Positions 55,854 through 64,000 of a stretch of 64,000 nucleotides of DNA are shown piece after piece (positions within the stretch are counted from its first letter, which is position 1; each line of letters starts with the position of its first letter). The stretch is from an uncultured Eubacteriales bacterium (lineage in GTDB: Bacteria; Bacillota; Clostridia; Oscillospirales; CAG-272): NCBI GenBank assembly GCA_934467415.1, contig CAKSLQ010000003.1:5951-69950 (forward strand), written 5' to 3'. A program made the position numbers and the translations under genes. The notes under the pieces were generated by a model. That model saw only the letters and a list, made by a program, of their open reading frames with translations. It made no database searches and was not told the DNA's origin.

Positions 55854-56774
55854 ATGGATATGCAATGGACACAGCTCCGCGTCACGGGCGCGGTGAAGGA
55901 CCTCGAGACCGTCAGCGCCGTCATGAGTATGGTGAACAACTCGCTGATGATTGAGGACTACAGCGACGTGACGACCGACGGCATGTACGGCGCGCTGCTC
56001 GACGAGAGTCTCTTAAACGCCGACAAGACGCGCGCGGCGGTCTCGGTCTTCATCCCCGAGACGCAGAGCGTTGCCGAGGGCAGGGCGTTCATCGAGACGC
56101 ACCTTGCGGCGGCGGGCATCCCCTATGAGATGGAGGTCGTCGGCTGCCGGGAGGAGGACTGGGCCGAGGCGTGGAAGAAGTATTACCACCCGATCAAGGT
56201 CGGCAGGATTGTGATTGTCCCCGCGTGGGAGGATTACACGCCCGCGCCGGGCGAGGTCACGGTCACGATGGACCCCGGCATGGCGTTCGGCACGGGGACG
56301 CATGAGACCACGCGCCTCGTCATTTCGATGCTGGAAAAGTATCTGAAGCCGGGCGACCGGATGCTCGACGTCGGCACGGGCAGCGGCATTCTGTCCATCT
56401 GCGGCTCCAAGCTCGGCGCGTCGCAGTGCGCCGCCTATGACCTCGACCCCACCGCGGTGCGCGTTGCCCGCGAGAACATCGAGGCGAGCGGAGCGAAGAA
56501 CATCACCTGTGATGTGTCCGACCTGCTCGCGGACGTCGATCTTTCGGGCGGCAAATATGACATCATCGCGGCGAACATCGTCGCCGACATCATCCTGCGC
56601 ATGACGCCGGACGTGGACAAATACCTCGCGGACGGCGGCATCCTGATTGCGTCGGGCATCATCTGCCCGCGCCGCGCAGAGGTGGAAGCCTGCTTTGCCG
56701 CGCATGGACTTGAGGTGTTCGACAGCCTGGTCGAAAACGATTGGTGCGCCCTCGCGGTGCGGAAAAAAGCATAA
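55854..56774 (+). CDS. prmA: ribosomal protein L11 methyltransferase
   Basis: 306 aa. SAM motif DVGTGSGILSI. Canonical position after dnaJ in Firmicutes. Confidence 0.9.
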   Translation: MDMQWTQLRVTGAVKDLETVSAVMSMVNNSLMIEDYSDVTTDGMYGALLDESLLNADKTRAAVSVFIPETQSVAEGRAFIETHLAAAGIPYEMEVVGCREEDWAEAWKKYYHPIKVGRIVIVPAWEDYTPAPGEVTVTMDPGMAFGTGTHETTRLVISMLEKYLKPGDRMLDVGTGSGILSICGSKLGASQCAAYDLDPTAVRVARENIEASGAKNITCDVSDLLADVDLSGGKYDIIAANIVADIILRMTPDVDKYLADGGILIASGIICPRRAEVEACFAAHGLEVFDSLVENDWCALAVRKKA

Positions 56775-56776
56775 CG

Positions 56777-56812
56777 CAAAAAGCCGTCGGTATATGCCGA
56801 CGGCTTTTTTTG
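56777..56812 (+). terminator. rho-independent terminator of the dnaK operon
   Basis: gccgtcgg-tatatg-ccgacggc followed by ttttttt. Confidence 0.9.
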
Positions 56813-56851
56813 TGGGGTTGAAAGGAGAGGCAGGGGTCGGCGCGCTTTTTC

Positions 56852-56963
56852 GGCTCCCCTGTGCAAGGGGAGCTGGCGCGTGAGCGCCTGAGGGGTTGTT
56901 CCTTGGCTCTGTAACAATCCCTCCGCCGCCGTTCGGCGGCACCTCCCTTTGCACAAGGGAGGC
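56852..56963. repeat. mosaic five-hairpin intergenic repeat, copy J (112 nt)
   Basis: gctcccct-gtgca-aggggagc. ggcgc-gtga-gcgcc. gaggggttgtt...aacaatccctc. gccgcc-gttc-ggcggc. cctccctt-tgcaca-agggagg. Followed at 56984-57060 by subfamily-2-like modules (gggcgattc-gtg-aatcgccc ctacggggg). Confidence 0.9.
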
Positions 56964-57153
56964 TTGGATGGAACGGCAAGGATGCGGGCGATTCGTGAAT
57001 CGCCCCTACGGGGGTGTGCTTCGTCCCCGTCCTCGCCGCGCTCCCCCTCCGTGAACGGGGTGTGACAACTGCCTGAAACTTTCTGTGTTTCCCTTGATAA
57101 TTGTGCTGCAATCGTGTAAAATAGAGGAAGACATTTCGGAGAGGGGGAAGACG

Positions 57154-58023
57154 ATGTTTGGGTATGTGCGGGCGCGGCGCGCCGATCTGCTCGTGCGCGA
57201 GGATATGCTCTACCGCGGCGTCTATTGCGGGCTTTGCCGCGCGATGGGGCGCTGCACCGGGCAGTGTTCCCGCCTCACCCTGTCCTACGACATGGTCCTC
57301 CTCTATCTCGTGCGCGCGTCGCTCGCCGGCGTCAAGCCGGACGTGCAGCCCGGCCGGTGCGCGGTGCATCCGTTTCGCCGCCGCCCGATCGCGCGGCGCG
57401 ATGCGGAGCTGGAGTATGCCGCGCGGGTCAGCGCCCTTTTGGTCTACGGCAAACTTTGCGACGACCTCGCGGACGAGCGCGGTCTTCGCCGCTTCGGCAA
57501 GCGGCTGCTCGCCCCGGCGGCGCACCGGATGCGGAAGCGCGCGGGACTTGACGACCTGTACGCCGAGCTGTGCGCGCGGCTCGCCGAGCTGTCCGCCATC
57601 GAGGCGGAGAAGCGCGAGAGCGTGGATGCGCCCGCCGACTGCTTCGGGCGGCTGCTGGCCGCCGTGTTTGCGCACGGGCTCTCGGGCGACGCCGCGACGA
57701 TCGCCTCGGCGATCGGCTACCGCACCGGGCGGTGGATCTATGCGGTCGATGCCGCCGACGATCTCGCCGAGGATGCGAAAAAGGGAAGCTACAACCCGTT
57801 TTTACTGTTGTACGGCGGTATGCCGGACGACGCGCAGCGCGCGCTGATGGAGAGCGCCATGCGCATTGACCTTGTCGAAATCGAAAACGCATGTGCGCTC
57901 ATCCCCGAGAGCGAAACGCTCGCCGTGGTGCGCAACATCGCAGGCCGCGGCATGGCGGACGCAGCACACCGCGCCCTGCACCCCGCAGAACCGGGAGGAA
58001 AAGATGAACAGAAACCCATATGA
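57154..58023 (+). CDS. hypothetical protein, DUF5685-like (Cys-motif N terminus)
   Basis: Trimmed to the ATG giving [47 protein letters not shown] recall this N-terminal pattern from the DUF5685 family, but it is not verified here. Confidence 0.6.
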   Translation: MFGYVRARRADLLVREDMLYRGVYCGLCRAMGRCTGQCSRLTLSYDMVLLYLVRASLAGVKPDVQPGRCAVHPFRRRPIARRDAELEYAARVSALLVYGKLCDDLADERGLRRFGKRLLAPAAHRMRKRAGLDDLYAELCARLAELSAIEAEKRESVDAPADCFGRLLAAVFAHGLSGDAATIASAIGYRTGRWIYAVDAADDLAEDAKKGSYNPFLLLYGGMPDDAQRALMESAMRIDLVEIENACALIPESETLAVVRNIAGRGMADAAHRALHPAEPGGKDEQKPI

Positions 58024-58651
58024 AGTGCTCGGCGTGCGCGAAACCGCCACCGATGAGGAGATCAAGGAGGCTTACCGCGCGCTGGCGCGGAAGTACCACC
58101 CCGATAAATATATCGACGAGGGGCTCAAGGAGATGGCGACCGAGAAGATGAAGACCATCAACGAGGCCTACGAGGAGATCAAGACCCTCCGCGCCGGGAA
58201 GAGCGGCGCCGGCGCATACGGCAGCGGCGGCGGTTCCGGCAGTACCGGCGGCTACGGCAGCGGCGGTTCCGGCTATGGCGGCAGCGCCGACTTTGCCGAG
58301 GTGCGCCGCCTCATCAATGCGGGCGCATACATGCAGGCGGAGCGCATTCTCGATGCGATGGCCGCCGATCGCCGCGGCGCGGAGTGGCACTTCCTGCGCG
58401 GCTGCATTCTCCTGCGCCGCGGCTGGATACATGACGCGGCCAAATATTTCGACACCGCCTGCCGCATGGATCCGCAGAACGCGGAATACCGGAATGCGCG
58501 CCTGAACATCGAGCGCATGGCGCAGCAGGGCGGCGCGGGACACACCACGGGCACGGTCTGCGCCGACGACGGCTGCGGCTGCTGCGCCGATCTGATGCTG
58601 GCGGATTGCTGCTGCGAGTGCATGGGCGGCGATCTTGTCCCCTGTTGTTAG
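58004..58651 (+). CDS. J-domain protein with Gly/Ser linker, TPR-like region and Cys-rich C-terminal tail
   Basis: Trimmed to ATG 58004 (AGGAGGAAAAG upstream). NPYEVLGV...[14 protein letters not shown] domain. Tail [30 protein letters not shown]. 20-nt overlap with the upstream gene. Confidence 0.8.
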   Translation: MNRNPYEVLGVRETATDEEIKEAYRALARKYHPDKYIDEGLKEMATEKMKTINEAYEEIKTLRAGKSGAGAYGSGGGSGSTGGYGSGGSGYGGSADFAEVRRLINAGAYMQAERILDAMAADRRGAEWHFLRGCILLRRGWIHDAAKYFDTACRMDPQNAEYRNARLNIERMAQQGGAGHTTGTVCADDGCGCCADLMLADCCCECMGGDLVPCC

Positions 58652-58652
58652 A

Positions 58653-59165
58653 ATGAAGACGAACCGGACGAAAAAGCTCGCGTTTTCTGCGATTGTCACC
58701 GCGCTTGCGGTGGTCTTTCTCTATGTCGGCGCGCTGTTCGATGTGCTCGATCTGTCGGCGGCGGCGCTCGCGTCGATCTGCGTTTTGTGGATCATGGCGG
58801 AGTTCGGCACAAGGTGGGCGCTGGCGGTGTATGCCGCGGCGTCGATCCTTGCGCTGCTGCTGCTCCCCGTCAAGCTCCCGGCCGTGCTGTTTGCCGGGCT
58901 GCTCGGCTATTATCCGCCGCTCAAGGCGCTCTATGAGCGGAAGCTGCACGGCATTCTGCAATGGGCCGCCAAGCTGCTCACGCTGAACGCGGCCGTCTTT
59001 GTGATGATCCTCGTTGTGCGCTACGTCGCCGCCGAGGCGCTTTGGTTTGAGGTGCTGCTGCTCGTCACCGCCAACATCGTGTTCGTCATCTACGACATCG
59101 CGCTCACCCGTCTCATGCGTGCGTATGTGCTCGTCTGGCGCAAGCGCTTGCGGATCAGGTTCTGA
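58653..59165 (+). CDS. hypothetical polytopic membrane protein
   Basis: ATG 58653 lies 1 nt after the J-protein stop. About 5 TM helices. No motif recognised. Confidence 0.6.
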   Translation: MKTNRTKKLAFSAIVTALAVVFLYVGALFDVLDLSAAALASICVLWIMAEFGTRWALAVYAAASILALLLLPVKLPAVLFAGLLGYYPPLKALYERKLHGILQWAAKLLTLNAAVFVMILVVRYVAAEALWFEVLLLVTANIVFVIYDIALTRLMRAYVLVWRKRLRIRF

Positions 59166-59193
59166 GATGCAGTCCCGCGGGGCGCGCCGCCGC

Positions 59194-59240
59194 AAAAAAA
59201 GCGCAGACCGAACGAAGTTCCGTTCGGTCTGCGCTTTTTC
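59194..59240. terminator. bidirectional rho-independent terminator (membrane protein / gdhA)
   Basis: aaaaaaa-gcgcagaccgaacg-aagttc-cgttcggtctgcgc-ttttt. Confidence 0.9.
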
Positions 59241-59246
59241 AGTCTC

Positions 59247-60620
<1,374 letters not shown>

Positions 60621-60636
60621 TCAGAACAACACTTTC

Positions 60637-60665
60637 ATTATAAACGAGAAAAACCGCGATTTCAA
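60637..60665 (-). promoter_or_regulatory. sigma-A-type promoter of gdhA
   Basis: On the minus strand: TTGAAA, 17-nt spacer, TATAAT. Confidence 0.55.
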
Positions 60666-60722
60666 GTGGTTTTGCAAAGATTTTTGCAGCATTCGCAAAA
60701 AAATTATGCAAAAAATTGAAGC

Positions 60723-60751
60723 TTGCGCGTTCGTGCCGCTTGTGATATAAT
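60723..60751 (+). promoter_or_regulatory. sigma-A-type promoter of nrdG
   Basis: TTGCGC (60723-60728), 17-nt spacer, TATAAT (60746-60751) with an extended -10 TGa. Confidence 0.55.
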
Positions 60752-60781
60752 AGAAAAACCGACAAAAGGGAGGGGACACGG

Positions 60782-61468
60782 ATGCGGATCGAGGGAATGC
60801 AGAAGCTGACGCTGCTCGATTATCCGGGCAAGACGGCGGCGATCCTGTTTGCGCACGGGTGCGACTTCCGCTGCCCGTTCTGCCACAACGCGGGGCTGGT
60901 CACCCGCCCGATGGCAAACGAAGTTTCCGAGGCGGACATCTTTTCCTATTTATATAAGCGCCGCGGCCTGCTCGACGGCGTGGTGCTGACCGGCGGCGAA
61001 CCGCTGCTGCAGCCCGACGCGGGAAAGCTGCTCAAAAAGATCCGCGCGCTCGGCTATGCGGTCAAGCTGGACACCAACGGCTCGTTCCCCGACCGTCTGG
61101 CCGCTCTGATCGGCGCGGGGCTTGTGGACTACGTCGCGATGGACATCAAAAACCGCCCCGAAAAGTATAAAGAGACCGCCGGGTGTACCGACGCACAGCT
61201 TGCCGCCGTGCGCCGCTCGGTCGAGCTGCTGCTGGAAGGGCGCGTGGACTATGAATTCCGAACCACGGTCACGGGCAAGCTGCACACGCCGGAGGACATC
61301 GGCGCGGCCGCCGCGTGGATCGCGGGGGCGAAGCGCTATTTTCTCCAGCCCTTCAAGGACTCGGGCGACCTCGTCGGCGACGGGGATTTTACCCCGGACG
61401 CGGCGGTGCTTGCCGACATGCTGGCGCGCGCCCGACAGTCTGTCCCGAACACGGAGCTGCGTGGGTAA
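60782..61468 (+). CDS. nrdG: anaerobic ribonucleoside-triphosphate reductase activating protein (radical SAM)
   Basis: 228 aa. CDFRCPFCHN (CX3CX2C) and GGEPLLQ motifs. Confidence 0.9.
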   Translation: MRIEGMQKLTLLDYPGKTAAILFAHGCDFRCPFCHNAGLVTRPMANEVSEADIFSYLYKRRGLLDGVVLTGGEPLLQPDAGKLLKKIRALGYAVKLDTNGSFPDRLAALIGAGLVDYVAMDIKNRPEKYKETAGCTDAQLAAVRRSVELLLEGRVDYEFRTTVTGKLHTPEDIGAAAAWIAGAKRYFLQPFKDSGDLVGDGDFTPDAAVLADMLARARQSVPNTELRG

Positions 61469-61481
61469 GCGAGGCATCGAT

Positions 61482-61528
61482 ACACAATATATAGTGCCGT
61501 GTGTCAAAAAAATAATCAAAATATTGTG
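61482..61528 (+). promoter_or_regulatory. candidate tandem NrdR boxes upstream of nrdD
   Basis: acacaatatatagtgc (61482-61497) is close to the NrdR box consensus acaCwAtATaTwGtgt. A weaker second box aatcaaaatattgtgc (61513-61528) lies 31 bp downstream, the usual tandem spacing, next to the -35. Confidence 0.55.
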
Positions 61529-61538
61529 CTTTTTGAAC

Positions 61539-61567
61539 ATTGACAAGCCGTCTCATTTATGGTATGC
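61539..61567 (+). promoter_or_regulatory. sigma-A-type promoter of nrdD
   Basis: TTGACA (61539-61544), 17-nt spacer, TATGCT (61562-61567) with an extended -10 TGg. Confidence 0.6.
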
Positions 61568-61621
61568 TATGAACACTGACTGTAAAACACAGTGTGAATG
61601 CATCACAGGGGGACGGCTTTT

Positions 61622-63991
61622 ATGTACCATGTAAAAAAGAGAGACAACAAAATTGTTGATTTTGACCTGTCGAAGATATCGAGCGCCATTCAGATGGCCT
61701 TCGAGGCCTGCGAGGTCAACTTTCATCCGAGCATCATCGACTTTCTGGCGCTTCGCGTCACCGCGGATTTTGAGCCGAAAATCAAGGACGGCCTGATTGC
61801 CGTCGAGGATATCCAGGACAGCGTCGAGTCGGTGCTGGTCCAGGGCGGCTACACCGAGGTGGCCAAGGCGTACATCCTGTACCGCCGCCAGCGCGAGAAG
61901 CTGCGCAACATGAAGTCCACGATCCTCGACTACAAGGAGCTGGTGGACAGCTATGTCAAGGTCACCGACTGGCGCGTGAAGGAGAACTCCACCGTCACCT
62001 ATTCGGTCGGCGGTCTGATCCTCAGCAACTCGGGCGCAATCACGGCGAACTACTGGCTCTCCGAGGTCTATGACGACGAGATTGCACAGGCGCACCGCAG
62101 TGCGGACATCCACATCCATGACCTCAGTATGCTCACGGGCTACTGCGCGGGCTGGTCGCTGAAGCAGCTCATCCGCGAGGGTCTCGGCGGTATTCCGGGC
62201 AAGATGACTTCCGCGCCCGCAAAGCATCTGTCGGTGCTCTGCAACCAGATGGTCAACTTCCTCGGCATCATGCAGAACGAATGGGCGGGCGCGCAGGCGT
62301 TCTCCTCGTTCGACACCTACCTTGCGCCGTTTGTCAAGGCGGACAACCTGAACTATGACCAGGTCAAGAAGAGCCTCGAGGCCTTCATCTACGGCGTCAA
62401 CACGCCGTCCCGCTGGGGCACGCAGGCGCCCTTCTCCAACATCACGCTCGACTGGACGGTTCCGAAGGATATGGAGTCTATGCCCGCGATCGTCGGCGGA
62501 AAGGATATGGACTTCACCTACGGCGACTGCAAGGAAGAGATGGACCTCATCAACAAGGCGTTCATCGAGATCATGATCGAGGGCGACGCCAACGGCCGCG
62601 GCTTCCAGTACCCGATCCCGACCTACTCCATCACCCGCGACTTCGACTGGTCGGAGACCGAGAACAACAAGCTGCTCTTTGAGATGACCAGCAAATACGG
62701 CACGCCGTATTTCTCCAACTATATCAACAGCGACATGGAGCCGAGCGACGTCCGCTCGATGTGCTGCCGCCTGCGTCTCGACCTGCGCGAGCTGCGCAAG
62801 AAGTCGGGCGGCTTCTTCGGCAGCGGCGAGAGCACCGGCTCGGTCGGTGTGGTCACCATCAACATGCCGCGCATCGCCTACCTGTCGGCGGACAAGGATG
62901 AGTTCTACCGCCGCCTCGACCACATGATGGATGTGGCGGCGCGCTCGCTGAACATCAAGCGCACGGTCATCACCAAGCTGCTGAACGAGGGCCTGTACCC
63001 TTACACCAAGCGCTATCTCGGCACGTTTGAGAACCACTTCTCCACGATCGGCCTCATCGGCATGAACGAGGCGTGCCTCAACGCGCGCTGGATCCGCAAG
63101 GACCTGACCGAGACCGAGGCGCAGGAATTCACCAAGGAAGTGCTCAACCACATGCGCGAGCGCCTCTCCGACTATCAGGAGCAGTACGGCGACCTCTACA
63201 ACCTGGAGGCGACCCCGGCGGAGTCCACGACCTACCGCCTCGCCAAGCACGACAAGCGCCGCTATCCCGACATCATCACGGCGGGCGGCGACGAGGGCGC
63301 ACCCTACTACACCAACTCCTCGCATCTGCCGGTTGGCTACACCGAGGATGTGTTCTCCGCGCTCGACATTCAGGACGAATTGCAGACGCTGTACACCTCG
63401 GGTACGGTCTTCCACGCCTTCCTCGGCGAGAAGCTGCCCGACTGGAAGGCGGCGGCCAACCTCGTCCGCAAGATCGCGCTGAACTACAAGCTGCCCTACT
63501 ACACGCTTTCGCCCACCTATTCCATCTGCAAGCAGCACGGCTATATCGCCGGGGAGCACTTCGAGTGCCCGCACTGCGGCGAGAAGACCGAGGTCTACAG
63601 CCGCATCACCGGCTACTACCGCCCGGTGCAGAACTGGAACGACGGCAAGGCGCATGAATTTAAGGATCGCCGCACCTACGACATCGGCCGCAGCGTGCTG
63701 AAGCATGAGGGTGTGCTGCATCCCGAGGCGGCAGCCCCCGCGGCGGAAGCGGCCGACATGCCGGTTCGCCTCTTTGCGACGGCAACCTGCCCCAACTGCA
63801 AGATCGCGGCAAAGCTGCTCGACGAGGCGGGCATTCCGTATGAGAAGCTGCTCGTCGAGGAGAACCGCGCACTGGCGGAGTCGCTCGGCCTCAGACAGGC
63901 GCCCACGCTGGTCTGCGGGGACGCGAAGTTTGCGGGCGTTGCGGGCGTGAAGGACTTCCTCGCGCAGAAGGAAGCAAAAGTCCATGCATGA
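61622..63991 (+). CDS. nrdD: anaerobic ribonucleoside-triphosphate reductase (class III) fused to a C-terminal thioredoxin-fold (glutaredoxin/NrdH-like) domain
   Basis: Trimmed to the ATG giving MYHVKKRDNKIVDFDLSKI (ATP-cone). Zn-ribbon CKQHG..CPHCG and glycyl-radical motif SRITGYYRPV. Then an Ala/Pro linker and about 78 aa with FATATCPNCKIAAKLLDEAGIPYE...QAPTLV. Confidence 0.93.
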   Translation: MYHVKKRDNKIVDFDLSKISSAIQMAFEACEVNFHPSIIDFLALRVTADFEPKIKDGLIAVEDIQDSVESVLVQGGYTEVAKAYILYRRQREKLRNMKSTILDYKELVDSYVKVTDWRVKENSTVTYSVGGLILSNSGAITANYWLSEVYDDEIAQAHRSADIHIHDLSMLTGYCAGWSLKQLIREGLGGIPGKMTSAPAKHLSVLCNQMVNFLGIMQNEWAGAQAFSSFDTYLAPFVKADNLNYDQVKKSLEAFIYGVNTPSRWGTQAPFSNITLDWTVPKDMESMPAIVGGKDMDFTYGDCKEEMDLINKAFIEIMIEGDANGRGFQYPIPTYSITRDFDWSETENNKLLFEMTSKYGTPYFSNYINSDMEPSDVRSMCCRLRLDLRELRKKSGGFFGSGESTGSVGVVTINMPRIAYLSADKDEFYRRLDHMMDVAARSLNIKRTVITKLLNEGLYPYTKRYLGTFENHFSTIGLIGMNEACLNARWIRKDLTETEAQEFTKEVLNHMRERLSDYQEQYGDLYNLEATPAESTTYRLAKHDKRRYPDIITAGGDEGAPYYTNSSHLPVGYTEDVFSALDIQDELQTLYTSGTVFHAFLGEKLPDWKAAANLVRKIALNYKLPYYTLSPTYSICKQHGYIAGEHFECPHCGEKTEVYSRITGYYRPVQNWNDGKAHEFKDRRTYDIGRSVLKHEGVLHPEAAAPAAEAADMPVRLFATATCPNCKIAAKLLDEAGIPYEKLLVEENRALAESLGLRQAPTLVCGDAKFAGVAGVKDFLAQKEAKVHA

Positions 63992-64000
63992 CATTATCAT

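Noticed and set aside
61553-64000. 815-aa minus-strand ORF antisense to nrdD. Similar long antisense ORFs occur at 23191-25212, 21883-23172, 25248-26723, 28534-30564, 40254-41492, 46341-48485 and 50668-51987.
   Set aside because: All overlap well-supported genes on the other strand and have the R/A/G/D-rich antisense composition.

Overview
High-GC Firmicutes/Clostridia-like chromosomal segment (inferred from GGAGG-type RBSs, a CIRCE/HrcA operator and the hrcA-grpE-dnaK-dnaJ-prmA order). It is densely coding. I saw no transposase, integrase, phage, CRISPR-cas or recognisable defence genes. Left to right: TauE-like fragment, ftsK, a dTMP-kinase-like gene, GNAT, DJ-1, 5-formyl-THF cyclo-ligase, CPBP protease, mltG plus a zinc-ribbon gene. 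Next comes a 16.5-kb same-strand Wzx/Wzy-type polysaccharide locus (10216-26702). Then mscL, a three-gene prsA-like operon, zur-znuACB, a BMP-type nucleoside ABC transporter plus udk, hlyIII, rodA and tRNA-Arg/Ala. Then peptidase S51, an asnB/ATP-grasp/aspartate-racemase/murE operon, two tRNA-Leu, one CAT-anticodon tRNA and an M23 peptidase. Finally the hrcA-grpE-dnaK-dnaJ-prmA operon, a DUF5685-like/J-domain/membrane trio, gdhA and nrdG-nrdD. Most noteworthy: (1) A dispersed family of intergenic mosaic five-hairpin elements, with at least 7 copies in 64 kb. Two 112-nt copies share perfectly identical scaffold blocks but carry different perfect hairpin cassettes, and hairpin-rich inserts of this kind also sit inside the dnaK operon. 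(2) A G10 homopolymer at the 3' end of a glycosyltransferase gene, abutting a 5'-truncated paralogue that a 1-nt slip would fuse in frame. (3) An operon that looks like a D-Asp/D-Asn peptidoglycan cross-bridge module, ending in a MurE that lacks the DNPR arginine. (4) NrdD fused to a C-terminal CPNC thioredoxin-fold domain. (5) A translationally coupled Cys-rich DUF5685-like / J-domain / membrane protein trio. None of these is demonstrably a new system from sequence alone. All functional calls come from motif recognition by eye, not from database searches.
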